A stretch of 61,201 bases of DNA, counting the filler. It is 4 parts of 4 records of this genome, joined end to end, with 100 filler letters (N's around TTAATTAATTAA, not from the genome) between each part and the next. Parts side by side here need not be neighbours in the genome. Positions count along the whole stretch, not along the records: positions 35,607 to 50,682 come from SRR31156797_5939; positions 50,783 to 61,201 come from SRR31156797_5940; 2 more parts are not named here. The stretch is one strand, 5' to 3'. This document shows positions 48,920 to 59,617 of this stretch, piece by piece; positions within the stretch are counted from its first letter, which is position 1; each line of letters starts with the position of its first letter. The translations under genes and the position numbers were made by a program. The notes beneath the pieces are model-generated. The model searched no databases. It saw nothing but the letters and a program-made list of their open reading frames with translations, and was not told the DNA's origin.

Positions 48920-48920
48920 T

Positions 48921-49337
48921 ATGGGTTACCGCAGGTTGGCAAGGGAGCTTGCCCTTCAGGCTCTTTTCTATTTTGATATGGACAGGGGCGATCCGGCCGA
49001 GCTGCTGGAGTTGTTTTGCACTAATTTTGAAGAGATGGTAACGGATACGGTGAAGCCCTTCTTTATGGAACTGGTGGAGGGGGTTTCCGCGTCCCGGGAT
49101 GAGATCAACACCCTGCTGGATAAAAGCTCCAGCAACTGGAAAATCTCAAGAATGCCCGTGGTTGACAGAAACATCATGCGTATCGCAACCTTTGAGCTGG
49201 TGAAACGGCCCGATATTCCTTCCAGCGTCTCCATCAACGAGGCGGTGGAGATCGGCAAGCGGTTCGGTACCAGGGGATCGGGTGCTTTCATCAACGGGGT
49301 GCTGGACCGTATCCGCCTATCGGAAAAAATAGACTAA
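48921..49337 (+). CDS. nusB: Transcription antitermination factor NusB
   Basis: RRLARELALQAL, INEAVE and FINGVLD motifs. Confidence 0.95.
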   Translation: MGYRRLARELALQALFYFDMDRGDPAELLELFCTNFEEMVTDTVKPFFMELVEGVSASRDEINTLLDKSSSNWKISRMPVVDRNIMRIATFELVKRPDIPSSVSINEAVEIGKRFGTRGSGAFINGVLDRIRLSEKID

Positions 49338-49347
49338 GGAGACTGTT

Positions 49348-49968
49348 GTGATCATAAAGAAGCTTGAAGTCGGGCCCATCATGGCGAACTGCTACATCCT
49401 TGGCTGCGAACAGACAAAAGAGGCCGTGGTCATCGATCCCGGAGACGAGGCGGACAGGATCCTCATGACCCTGTCGGAGTCCAACCTCAAGGTGAAGTAC
49501 CTCATCAACACCCACGGCCACTTTGACCATGTGGGTGCAAACAAGCGCATGAAGGAGATCACCGGGGCGGAGCTCCTGATCCACGCAGAGGATGAGCCCA
49601 TGCTCAAGGATCTCAACAGGGCGGCCCAGGCTTTTGGCCTCAGGGCCGAGAATTCACCTCCTGCCGACAGGCAGATTGCCCACGGGGATGAGCTTTCCTT
49701 TGGAAACATCACCCTCAGGGTGATCCACACCCCGGGCCACTCCCGGGGCGGGGTCTGTTTGCATACGGACGGGGCGCTGTTTTGCGGGGATACCCTGTTT
49801 GCCGGGTCCATCGGCCGGACCGATTTGCCGGGCGGGGACTACGATACCCTGATTTCCTCCATCAAGGAGAAACTCCTCGGGTTTGACGACAAGACCATTG
49901 TCTACCCGGGGCACGGCCCTGAAACATCCATCCTCCAGGAGCGGAGAATGAATCCGTTTCTGCGGTAA
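49348..49968 (+). CDS. MBL-fold hydrolase (glyoxalase II-like)
   Basis: THGHFDH, TPGH, GDTLF and PGHG motifs. Confidence 0.92.
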   Translation: MIIKKLEVGPIMANCYILGCEQTKEAVVIDPGDEADRILMTLSESNLKVKYLINTHGHFDHVGANKRMKEITGAELLIHAEDEPMLKDLNRAAQAFGLRAENSPPADRQIAHGDELSFGNITLRVIHTPGHSRGGVCLHTDGALFCGDTLFAGSIGRTDLPGGDYDTLISSIKEKLLGFDDKTIVYPGHGPETSILQERRMNPFLR

Positions 49969-50024
49969 TGGGAACCATATGATGCCTTTGCCTGAGTTGG
50001 GAGTGCAAGATTGACCATGGCCCG

Positions 50025-50682
50025 ATGAAATCGTTTATCCGTCAACTGCCATCCATGGGACGGGTTCACCAGGAAACCATAGACCTGGCCGTCCCCTTTG
50101 ATTCGGTTGCCTCACGGTTCTCGGGCCTTGCCGGCACCGTGGTGCTGATGAGCGGTACCGATCTGGACTGCGCACGGTACCACATGCTTGCCGTTGATCC
50201 CTGGCTTTCCCTCAGGGCAAAGGGCTGTGCCATCACCACTGAGGTCTTTGGTGAGACCGCCTCCTTTGAGGCCGATCCCTTTGACTGTGTGGAAGCCCTT
50301 GCGGAACGCTTTTCCCTGGATGGTCAGGGAATCGCAGGACCCGTGGGGGCAGGACTGTTCGGTTATTTTTCCTATGACCTGAAGCAGCGCATCGAAACCC
50401 TTCCGGTCACCTGCATGGATCACAAACTGCCTGATCTGTGTCTTTACCTCCCCAGCATTATTCTCGTCCACGACCGGCATAGGGGCACCACCACCCTTTC
50501 CATCCCCCTGATTGCTTCAGGGGCCGGCGATCCGGCCGGGCAAGCATATCTCCAAGCGGTCCGAACCAGGTTCTTCACCACCCTTGACTCTCCCGAAACA
50601 CCGGAAACAACCGACACCCAAGTGAAGGACGGTTTCCGGATCGACAGCCGGGGATTCCGCTCCAATTTCTCCAAGCCCGCCT
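50025..50682 (+). CDS. pabB: Aminodeoxychorismate/anthranilate synthase component I, 3'-truncated
   Basis: GLFGYFSYDL N-terminal domain motif and FRSNF. Runs into the linker. Confidence 0.75.
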
Positions 50683-50782
50683 NNNNNNNNNNNNNNNNNN
50701 NNNNNNNNNNNNNNNNNNNNNNNNNNTTAATTAATTAANNNNNNNNNNNNNNNNNNNNNNNNNNNNNNNNNNNNNNNNNNNN
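50683..50782. other. Artificial contig linker
   Basis: N44-TTAATTAATTAA-N44. Confidence 0.99.
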
Positions 50783-52346
50783 TGATGATGAGAAATTGTT
50801 CCAGCCGTTCCCGCCACTGGGCAACAAGTTGCTGCCGGTGAACCAATACCAGAGTATTCACTTTTTTTATACTGATTAATTTTGCGCCGATAACGGTTTT
50901 TCCGAATGCCGTCGCAGCGGCTAACACGCCATTGGCATGTGCCGACAATGCATCAAGCGCAAGTTGCTGTTCATCCCGCAATTTCCCTCGGAATTCAACA
51001 TTAATAATCTTTCCGGGGTTTGATTCATCTTCCTGCATCAGGGTGACATTATTTTTTTTGAATAAATATTTGATATCGCGTTCACATCCGCGAGGCAGGG
51101 CAAGATGGTTTATATAATCATCTGAACAGGAAATGACCCTTGGCTTGCCAAAGGTTGATTTCCTCATGGCCTGGGCCTTATAAAATACTGGGTTTTTAAA
51201 GGCCGCATACCTTTTAAGGGTATTCAGTGCTTTCTGGCTTAACCCTGTTTTTTCAATATAGAGCATGCCGGATTTTGTCATTTTAACCGTTTTGGGAAAA
51301 TCCTTAGCCTTCAGGTCAATGGCTTGTTGTTTTTCCCACGGTTTTGATTCTGATATTTCCTCCTTTAGCATTCCCAGGTCGTTTCCCCGGGCCAGCTTGT
51401 TTATAAAAGATTTCAGATTCTTCTCGCTCAGCTTTTGAATGCCGGATATAAACTGCCATTGGTCAGGGTACGGATAAAAATCGTCATTGATAAAAACCGC
51501 ATTATCGTTATCCCGGGCCGTTTTTTGGAGCGGTAGGGCGATCAGATTGCCAAAACCGCCATCCGGCATGGTGTCTTGATTCGGAAACAGCCTGTCATAG
51601 GATTTGAACGAGATTTCATGCCGCTTCCCCATTGCGTAAGTTAATAATGATGTCCCGAATTGCCGGGCAAATGCTGCAGGAACCTTTTGTTCGAAGAAAA
51701 ACCAGGCATGACAGCCATTTCCGGATTGTGACCGCTCTATTGCAACCGGTATTTTAAATTCTGAGCAGGTGTTCCGAATCACCGCAATGTCTTGTTTCCA
51801 TCCTTCTTTATCAAAATCGATTGCCAGAAAATGGCAGGTCTCATCAAAATTCATGGGATAGACCCCGATGACGTATTCACCCCTGAGATGCTTTTCAACA
51901 ACGGATTTATTTAGCGTCCCATATGATTGATTCCCACATACCGAACATTTGATTTTGGGCTTATTGCAGATCCCGGGTATCCATTCATTAAGGCAGACCG
52001 GACTGTATCCAGTAGCGCCCTTTCTGCTTTTCCATTTTTTTGCATATACATCGGTTCTGCCTTTAAACAGGGACATAAAAAGATCAATCTTTTCATGATT
52101 TTGAGAATACCGGGTCACTTGGTTGGCATTGTTTTTTGAAGATACTGCCGTATCGGATTTTTGACTTGTTGCAGTTTTTTTTAAGTTCTTGAATAACAAC
52201 GTTTCCCTGGAGTGGCCAGGTTTATGATGGGAAGTAATAATTTCGGGGTTGGGTGTCAATTCCCGGATTTTTGCTTTCAGAACTTTGTTTTCTTCAAGCA
52301 GGTCGTCATATTTTTTTTTCAACTCATCGTAATCGTTGATAGTCAT
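50783..52346 (-). CDS. AEP-type primase domain (TOTE-associated family) fused to an SF2 helicase, 3'-truncated
   Basis: LFKGRTDVYA, Cys cluster C..C...C..C, AIDFD (motif I), SQSGNGCH (motif II), GNLIALPLQ (motif III), then LRDEQ and ATAFGKT (Walker A). Confidence 0.82.
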
Positions 52347-52588
52347 ATCGTATTTTTGGTGTTTCTTTTCAAAAAGCCAGTGCGAACAATTTCTTTTACA
52401 TCAGCATTTTGATGTTTATCAGCCCCGTAATCCCAAGGCAAGCGGATACTACAAATGTATTGAAAATTATTGAATTTATAAGTTCAATAATTTATTTTAG
52501 CTTTCACATAAATCTCCCATCGACCTTTAGTGGACCGGCTGACGCCACTGATATCCCGGGTAACATCCTGGGCCAGGTCTCCTTTGGC

Positions 52589-52660
52589 CATCTCTTAGAA
52601 GATATAGAATTAGCAGCGATTGTGAAGAAGAGGGAGAACGATCCCGAGATTGAGGTTGAA
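52589..52660 (+). pseudogene. Possible remnant of a Phd/StbD-type antitoxin C-terminus
   Basis: HLLEDIELAAIVKKRENDPEIEV resembles antitoxin C-terminal helices. No start codon or toxin gene nearby. Confidence 0.4.
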
Positions 52661-52852
52661 AAAACCTCGTATAAAAAGTGCAGAATTCAGCAATATGGAA
52701 AATTGGGCTTTGGTCATATTTTAGGCCATACGGATCTCCGGTTATCGGTTAGTTTATCAAGTGCGAGATCTGGAAGTTGTAGTTTCTGTTATTGCGGTTG
52801 GCAAGAGAGACAAAAATTTGGTTTATCGATTCGCCATGGGAAGAGTATAGGG

Positions 52853-52895
52853 AAAATGAAGCCGGCCCGCATGCATAAACGCATTGCGGGCCGGC
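52853..52895 (-). terminator. Probable terminator of the RND operon
   Basis: GCCGGCCCGCA / TGCGGGCCGGC stem followed by TTCATTTT on the minus strand. Confidence 0.6.
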
Positions 52896-53017
52896 CCTGG
52901 ATTGCACCTTGTCCCGGAAAATGGATTAAGAGCCTTTTTTTATATGAAAGTCAAAATAACGTATTGAATTACTTTCATCCTTTGTTACGTGTTGGGCCTG
53001 GGTGTTGATAGACCAAG

Positions 53018-56000
53018 TCAGCCTATGGCTGTTAGGCTATCGTAATTTACCCTGAACAAGATGGAGTAGAGCACCGGCACGATAACCAGTGTGAGCAAGG
53101 TGGCAAACAGCAGTCCGAAAATAATGGATACGGCCATGGTTTCGAACATCGGGTCATGGCTGATCCACAGGGGGAGCATTCCGCCCACGGTGGTTGCCGT
53201 GGTCAGCATGATGGGCCGCAACCGTTGCTGGCAGGCCTCGATCACCGCCTCGCCGGCCGGCCGCCCGTTTTCCTCCTGTTCGATATTAATCCGGTCGATG
53301 AGCACAATGGCGTTGTTGATGATGATCCCGCATAGGGAGACAATGCCTAGGATGGTAAAAAATCCGAAAATCGTTCCCGCAATGTTCAGCCCGAAAGAGA
53401 TGCCGATCATCCCTAAAGGAATGGTGAACAGGATAATGACGGTTTTCCGGATATTGTTGAATTGGGCTACTAAAAGCAGGAGGATGATCATGCCGGATAT
53501 GGGTAGCTTGGCACTGATGGCGGCGCCGGAATCCTCGGAGGTTTCCATCTCCCCGCCCATTTCATAGGTGTATCCTCGGGGCCATCCGGTCTGCTGTTCA
53601 TCCAGCCAGGGAAGGACCTGGCTGGACACGTCTGTGGCCGTCACCCCGGGAAAATGCTGGGTGCGCACGACTATGGTCCTTGTCCTGTCCCTGCGTTTGA
53701 TGATGGCGTTTTCCCATACCAGTTCCACGTCTGCCACCTGTTTTAAGGGGACTTGGGCATTTCCGTTCTGGGCATAAACGATCAGGCCGTTAAGTTTTCC
53801 CAGGTCCTGGCGGTCCGCGGAAACAGACCGCAGGGTAACGGGGATGATATCGTTGCCCTCCCTGAATTCCGTCATCTCAAGGCCGGATAAACCGGTTTTC
53901 AGGGAGAGGGCCACATCGGAATTGGAAACCCCAGCCCGCCGGGCCCTGTCCTGGTTGACTTTAATAGACAGCTTTTTGGTCCGCCCCCCCCAGTCGTCAC
54001 TGACATCCATGACCCCGGGGGTGACCAGCAGCTTTGCTTTAATGGACCCGACAATATCGTAAAGGGCGGAAATGTCATTTCCTGTCACCCTCACCTCAAT
54101 GGGGTAGTCAATGGGAGGGCCGTTAACCAGTTTGGCCATTTTGACTTCCAGGTCAGGATATGCGGCAGCGGCATAAGTTTTCACATCCGCAACAATTTCC
54201 TGGATCACCCCAGGTGTGGTGGTCTGTACGATCATGGCCCCCCGGTGGGTATCTTCCTGATCCGGTTCAATGCCCAGGACAAACCTTGGGGTGCCCACGC
54301 CGATGAAGCTTAATATATCCAGAACACCGTCTTTGTCCTGTCCGGCTGCATGGTGCTCAAGCATATAGGCCTCAAGATCGGATAACACCGCTTCGGTCAC
54401 GGCGATATCCGTGCCCCTGGGCATGTTGAATTTGGCAGAGATCACAGGATCTTCCCGTCCCGGGATAAATACCGCAGGCACAAACCGCAGGCCCCAGACA
54501 GAGACAACCAAAAGAATAAGGGCAATTATTATGGGGACGGCCCTGAACCTGAGGCTGGGAAAAAGAATCCACCGGTAGATACGGTACATCATCCCTTTGT
54601 ATGGTTTTATTGCACCGTCCTTGTCCACTTTAGGCTTTATTTTCATGAGGATGGTGGTGAGGATGGGGATAAAGGTCATGGCAAGAAGCCATGAGGATAT
54701 CAGGGCAATTGAAACCACCTTGAAAATATCTGCTGTGAATTCTCCCACGGCACTTTCCGCAAGGAATATGGTTAAAAACGCAGCCGCCGTGGTCAATGAA
54801 GAGATGAGCAGGGGGATGGTCATCTCATTTCCCGCACGGACAGCGGCGGTGATTTTATCTTCTCCGTTTTTCCGGCGGACCATAATGCCCTCTGCCATGA
54901 CGATGGCGTTATCCACCAGAAGCCCCAGGGCAATGATCAGTGCAGCCAGGGAAATGGTGTTGATGGTAATGCCGAATACGGACATACAGGCCGAGGTTAC
55001 AAAAATGGTGGACGGGATGAGGCAAGCCACAATGAGCCCGGTACGAAATCCCAGAAAAAGAAACATCACCCCGGCCACAATGGCCACAGCCTGTACCAGG
55101 TTTGACATGAAACTGTTCACGGAATTTTTAACAAACCTGGGCTGGGAAAAGACTTTTTTCAAAGTGACACCATAGGGGTAGGCCGCCTCAATGTCAGGCA
55201 CGGCCTTGTCCAGCCGCTGATTCAGGGCCAGAATATCCCCGCCCTCCCGAAGGGAGATGGCCAGCACGATGCCGGGGTTTCCGTTTAGCCGGACCTTGGA
55301 GCTGGCCGGGTCTTCGTACCCCCTTGTGATTTCAGCAATGTCTTTAAGGTAAATGACACCGCCTGTGCCGGGCAGGCTGATTACGGTGTTGGCAAGGGCC
55401 TCCAGGGTCTCGTAATTGCCCGTGGGTTCCAGCACGATCCGTTCCTGGCCCATGCGCAGACTGCCCCCGGTTTCAAGAATATTGGCAGAAGCCAGTGCAT
55501 TGCTCAAGGTGGTGGGGGTGAGGCCGATCTCCTGAAGCCTTGCGCCGTTGTACTCCACATAGATGACTTCTTCCTGCTCCCCGATAATTTCAACCTTTGC
55601 AACATCCTGGATGTGTAACAGGTTGTTGCGCACCTCATCGGCAATCTCCTTGAGATCGGCATCGGAAAATCCCTCTCCCTGCAGGGCATATAAAATACCG
55701 TACACATCTCCGTACTCATCGTTTACTGCCGGTCCCATGATACCGGAGGGCAGGGTGCCGTCATCTTTAAGGTCATCCATTTTCCGCCGTACCTTATTGA
55801 AGATCGGCCGCATATCCTTGTATTTATCCTGGAAGTTTACCGTGACAATGGAAATGCCCGAGCGCGATTCACTTTCAATATAGTCCAGTTCAGGAATCTC
55901 CTGGAGCACCTCTTCAATGCGATCTGTGACCAGTTGCTCCACCCGGGCGGGATTGGCCCCGGGAAAGACCGTGTTGATGACGCAGGCCCTGATGATGAAA

Positions 56001-56152
56001 CCAGGATCCTGCTGCTTGGGGATTGAAAAATAATTGCTGATACCGGCCGCGCACAAAATGGCCACAAGAACCAGCACCGTGACATGGTTTTTTACGGCAA
56101 ATCCTGTGATGCCGCCGCCTGATTCGAGCAGGCTGTTTTTATTGTCTGTCAT
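53018..56152 (-). CDS. RND efflux permease (AcrB/AcrD/AcrF family)
   Basis: 1044 aa, GLLVDNAIV, GIIINNAIVLID and RLRPIMLTT motifs. Confidence 0.95.
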   Translation of the reverse strand: MTDNKNSLLESGGGITGFAVKNHVTVLVLVAILCAAGISNYFSIPKQQDPGFIIRACVINTVFPGANPARVEQLVTDRIEEVLQEIPELDYIESESRSGISIVTVNFQDKYKDMRPIFNKVRRKMDDLKDDGTLPSGIMGPAVNDEYGDVYGILYALQGEGFSDADLKEIADEVRNNLLHIQDVAKVEIIGEQEEVIYVEYNGARLQEIGLTPTTLSNALASANILETGGSLRMGQERIVLEPTGNYETLEALANTVISLPGTGGVIYLKDIAEITRGYEDPASSKVRLNGNPGIVLAISLREGGDILALNQRLDKAVPDIEAAYPYGVTLKKVFSQPRFVKNSVNSFMSNLVQAVAIVAGVMFLFLGFRTGLIVACLIPSTIFVTSACMSVFGITINTISLAALIIALGLLVDNAIVMAEGIMVRRKNGEDKITAAVRAGNEMTIPLLISSLTTAAAFLTIFLAESAVGEFTADIFKVVSIALISSWLLAMTFIPILTTILMKIKPKVDKDGAIKPYKGMMYRIYRWILFPSLRFRAVPIIIALILLVVSVWGLRFVPAVFIPGREDPVISAKFNMPRGTDIAVTEAVLSDLEAYMLEHHAAGQDKDGVLDILSFIGVGTPRFVLGIEPDQEDTHRGAMIVQTTTPGVIQEIVADVKTYAAAAYPDLEVKMAKLVNGPPIDYPIEVRVTGNDISALYDIVGSIKAKLLVTPGVMDVSDDWGGRTKKLSIKVNQDRARRAGVSNSDVALSLKTGLSGLEMTEFREGNDIIPVTLRSVSADRQDLGKLNGLIVYAQNGNAQVPLKQVADVELVWENAIIKRRDRTRTIVVRTQHFPGVTATDVSSQVLPWLDEQQTGWPRGYTYEMGGEMETSEDSGAAISAKLPISGMIILLLLVAQFNNIRKTVIILFTIPLGMIGISFGLNIAGTIFGFFTILGIVSLCGIIINNAIVLIDRINIEQEENGRPAGEAVIEACQQRLRPIMLTTATTVGGMLPLWISHDPMFETMAVSIIFGLLFATLLTLVIVPVLYSILFRVNYDSLTAIG

Positions 56153-57248
56153 CGTACTTCACCTCCATGTCCTCCCTGAGAACGGAAACCCCGGCCGTGA
56201 CAATGCGCATGCCCGGCGTAAGGCCTTCTTTCACTTCAAGGCCCTCCTGGAGAACATTGCCAATGGTAACCTTTTGCCGTTTAACCAGGGCAAGCCCGGG
56301 CTTTGTGATATTAAGGACAAAGACAAAACGGCCTTCGCGGTCTTCGCCCACGGCAAACGGGGGGACCACAAGGCCGAGACTGTCCCTTTTAAAAGTAAAA
56401 AAGACATTTGCAGACAGGCCGGCCTTGAGTTGCTTTGAATTCGATCCGGTTAAAAGGATGGTCACAGGGTAGGTGGTCCCGGCGGCAACCGATGTCACCC
56501 CGACTTCGTTGACGATACCCTCAAAATTTTTTCCCTCAAGGGCAGGAAAGCTGACACGGACCGTCATATCTTTTTGTACATGTGAAATCACTGTTTCAGG
56601 GATATCCAGTTTCACCTCAAGTTCCCGGCCGCAGGTGGTATAAAAAATTTGGCTTCCCTGGGCGACATTTTCTCCAACTTCCGCATCTTTGGAGGCAATG
56701 CCGCAATCTGCTTCGGCAATAAGACGAGTATAGGAAAGATTGAGCTGGGCGATTTCCAGGGCCTTGCGGGCGGCCTGCACAGACGCCGTTGAAGAATCGG
56801 CTGCAGCCCTGGCATTATCCAGGGTGCTTCTGGATTCATTGCCGCCGATATATAATTTTTTGACGCGCTTATACTCAGACTGGGCATTGCGCAGTTCGGA
56901 TGTCGCTTCTGCCAGGGAGGCACGGGACTGCTGGGCTTCAAGGGCATAGGTCGACGGATCAAGACTTGCAAGCACGTCACCTTTTTTAACGGTGTCTCCC
57001 ACCTTTACGAAAATTTTTTGTATGGAGCCGGACACCTTAAAGCTCAATGAGGTCTCTTTTAGGGCATGAAGCCGCCCGGAAAAGCTGGTCTGTGTGACTC
57101 CGCTCCCTGTATCCACAAGCATGGTGCGCACCTGACGCAACGGGGCCTTTAGTTCCTTTTTTTCCTGCTCGCTGCAGCCTGTCATAAAGCATGTTGCAAA
57201 AACCACCAGGCAGGTTGCCGGAATGATGCATTTAATTGGTTTATTCAT
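56139..57248 (-). CDS. RND periplasmic adaptor (MFP) lipoprotein
   Basis: Lipobox MTGC, LSFKVSG...VKVGDTVKKG lipoyl half, coiled-coil hairpin. Confidence 0.92.
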   Translation of the reverse strand: MNKPIKCIIPATCLVVFATCFMTGCSEQEKKELKAPLRQVRTMLVDTGSGVTQTSFSGRLHALKETSLSFKVSGSIQKIFVKVGDTVKKGDVLASLDPSTYALEAQQSRASLAEATSELRNAQSEYKRVKKLYIGGNESRSTLDNARAAADSSTASVQAARKALEIAQLNLSYTRLIAEADCGIASKDAEVGENVAQGSQIFYTTCGRELEVKLDIPETVISHVQKDMTVRVSFPALEGKNFEGIVNEVGVTSVAAGTTYPVTILLTGSNSKQLKAGLSANVFFTFKRDSLGLVVPPFAVGEDREGRFVFVLNITKPGLALVKRQKVTIGNVLQEGLEVKEGLTPGMRIVTAGVSVLREDMEVKYDDRQ

Positions 57249-57262
57249 TTGTCTTCTAATCC

Positions 57263-59617
57263 CTATTTAGAATTTTCATGGTTGTTAATATATGCGTCCA
57301 CTTCACTGATGAACGACTTGCGCTGATCATCGGTTAAGAAAAAATCAAACGCCCCTGTGGTCCGCTGCAGGTTCATCAAATCAATCAGAAAGGTGTATAC
57401 GGCATTCATGGATGATTCCCTGGCACTGATCAAGGTATCCTGGGCATCAAGAACCTCCACAATGGAGTCCCGGCCCTGGGCATAGGCGGCTGCCACCAGC
57501 TCATAATTTTTTTGAGAGGCGGCTTCCGATTGCCGGGTCAAATCAATGGAATCATAAGAAGCATGCAAGGATTCAACGGCACTGCGTATTTCTTGTTCAA
57601 CAGTATTGGCTGTATCCATGTATTGGGCCCGTAACTGGCTCATTGCCAGCCGGCTTTGGGCCCTGCGGGCGGCTTTAGCCCCGCCTTCATAAAGGTCAAG
57701 TGTAAGTTCCAGGCCGATTGTCCAATCATTTTCATCCACAGCCATCCCACTGGATGCCCGGGTTTCATCAAAATTTCGGGTGTATTCTCCTGTCAGGTTC
57801 AGTTCCGGCAGCCAGAACGCCTTTTGATCACTTTGAAGCCGGCGCTGATAGGCCGCTATCTGTGCCTTAAGCTGTTTTAATTCCGGTGCCCTGTCCACCC
57901 CTGTTTTTACGAAAACATCTGTTAACCTTGCCAAAGACCAGGGATTGGTAATCAAGTCTGCAGCATCGGGATCAGACATAAGCAGCAGCGGATTATCCAG
58001 GGTTTCCTCGGTGGTTGCAAATGGCTGGCTGATTGGTCGGTTAAGGATACGGTTCAAGGACTGGTACTGCTGTTCAAGGCGTGAGTTTGCTGTAAGTACG
58101 CTTTGTTTGGCATTGGCCAGCTCGCTTTCCCAGCGGAAGAGATCAGAGGCATTACTTGCGCCTACATTCACCCTGTTTTTGGCCAGTTCATGATTTTCCC
58201 GGGTAATTTCAAGATTATATCGCTCCTGGTCCAGGGATGTTTTATTTAAAAGCACATTTAAATAGGCATTAACCGCTGACAGGATAATATCCAGCTCGGT
58301 TTCGTGCAAGACTTCCTTGGCTGACAGGTGAGAATACTTCTGGATGGCGTAAGCAGCCCAGGCTTTTTCTGAAAACAGGGGCTGGGTCAGTGTGATTGAC
58401 CCGTCCGTTGAATTTTCGGCATAGGTGCCGGACCGGGTATAATCTGTTTCCCTGCGTTTAAAATAGTTGATGGAAGTACTGATCCGCGGCAAAAGAGTCC
58501 CTCTGGCCTCTTTCACGGCCTCGCCTGCACTCTCGGCCGCAAGTCGCTGGACTGCAACCGAAAGGTTGGTCTCTACCGCTGTCCGGGCCACACGGCCCAG
58601 GGACCAGGTTGTGTCGACAGCATTTTTATCTTCATTGATCAGGACAGCATCCCTAAGCACATCAAACCCCGGAGAAAATCCAATAGCCCTTGCGGTTTCC
58701 ATATTAATCATCAGCCGGTCCGTGGTTTCAAAAAAGACCGGCAGTGTTGATGCCCGGGCGCCCAGAAATACCTCCTGCATATGAATGGCATTTTTTCGGG
58801 CCAGTTTTTTCCAATCCGTATCCGGATTGTTTGTGGCCAGGGCTCCCATGCGTAACAGGGTTTCCCCACTTAAAGAAAAACTTTTGAATTTCTTTGCGTT
58901 GACCCGTTGAATCAAGTCTTTGAGCTGATCCGGCCGGGCAGAGGGGAATGCCCCATAGAGCACGGCATCGGTATCTTCCGGGATGGCGGAGACAGCAGTT
59001 ACATTATTCTCGTCCCAAGTTATAATGGTCAGATCCACTCCCATGGTTTTGACCCGGGCACTGACCTTTTCCCGCATTTTATGGCCAATGGTTTTGGCGA
59101 TCCCGGCATCGGAAATCAATACTGCTTTGCTGAACGGTGCCACCCGGGATAGAACAAAAATTTCCCTTGCAAGATCTACGTTCCGGCTTTCATAGTGCAG
59201 GTTCTTTTTCCCGCTGGTCTTTCCATCTAAAGGATAACCAAACAGTTGGGCATTGAATACCCTGGGCAAAAATGTCGGCTTTGCAAAAACAGGATGCCGG
59301 CCTAGGGTCTGGTTGGCGGCAAGGTCCAGTACCAGGACCAGATCCGTGTCAGGATCGGCATAGGCCTTGTCCAGCAAGGTATGGGCATCTTTCTCAGTCC
59401 CGTGACTGTCAATGGGAAATTTTTTGAAATCAACCTGATGTTCTCCTTTGAACAAGGCGGTTAATTCTTTTTTGAACAGGCGGTCCAACTGGGCATTGGC
59501 CGCCTGGGGCGACGCCGTTTCAATGACCGCCACATTGATGGTGCGGGACAAGGCTGATGTTTGTATAACAAACAGGATTCCCATGACCAAGCTTAAAGTC
59601 AATACTAATTTGTTCAT
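57263..59617 (-). CDS. TolC-family outer membrane factor with an N-terminal ABC-binding-protein-like domain
   Basis: 784 aa. C-terminal OEP repeats (LTQPLF, AYLNVL, LDLYEGG, EVLDAQ). N-terminal ~330 aa end in LPV...LMINMETARAIG. Confidence 0.85.
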   Translation of the reverse strand: MNKLVLTLSLVMGILFVIQTSALSRTINVAVIETASPQAANAQLDRLFKKELTALFKGEHQVDFKKFPIDSHGTEKDAHTLLDKAYADPDTDLVLVLDLAANQTLGRHPVFAKPTFLPRVFNAQLFGYPLDGKTSGKKNLHYESRNVDLAREIFVLSRVAPFSKAVLISDAGIAKTIGHKMREKVSARVKTMGVDLTIITWDENNVTAVSAIPEDTDAVLYGAFPSARPDQLKDLIQRVNAKKFKSFSLSGETLLRMGALATNNPDTDWKKLARKNAIHMQEVFLGARASTLPVFFETTDRLMINMETARAIGFSPGFDVLRDAVLINEDKNAVDTTWSLGRVARTAVETNLSVAVQRLAAESAGEAVKEARGTLLPRISTSINYFKRRETDYTRSGTYAENSTDGSITLTQPLFSEKAWAAYAIQKYSHLSAKEVLHETELDIILSAVNAYLNVLLNKTSLDQERYNLEITRENHELAKNRVNVGASNASDLFRWESELANAKQSVLTANSRLEQQYQSLNRILNRPISQPFATTEETLDNPLLLMSDPDAADLITNPWSLARLTDVFVKTGVDRAPELKQLKAQIAAYQRRLQSDQKAFWLPELNLTGEYTRNFDETRASSGMAVDENDWTIGLELTLDLYEGGAKAARRAQSRLAMSQLRAQYMDTANTVEQEIRSAVESLHASYDSIDLTRQSEAASQKNYELVAAAYAQGRDSIVEVLDAQDTLISARESSMNAVYTFLIDLMNLQRTTGAFDFFLTDDQRKSFISEVDAYINNHENSK

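Noticed and set aside
52409-53008. 199-aa plus-strand ORF
   Set aside because: Patchwork composition, spans a terminator-like hairpin, and only a ~24-aa piece resembles a protein.
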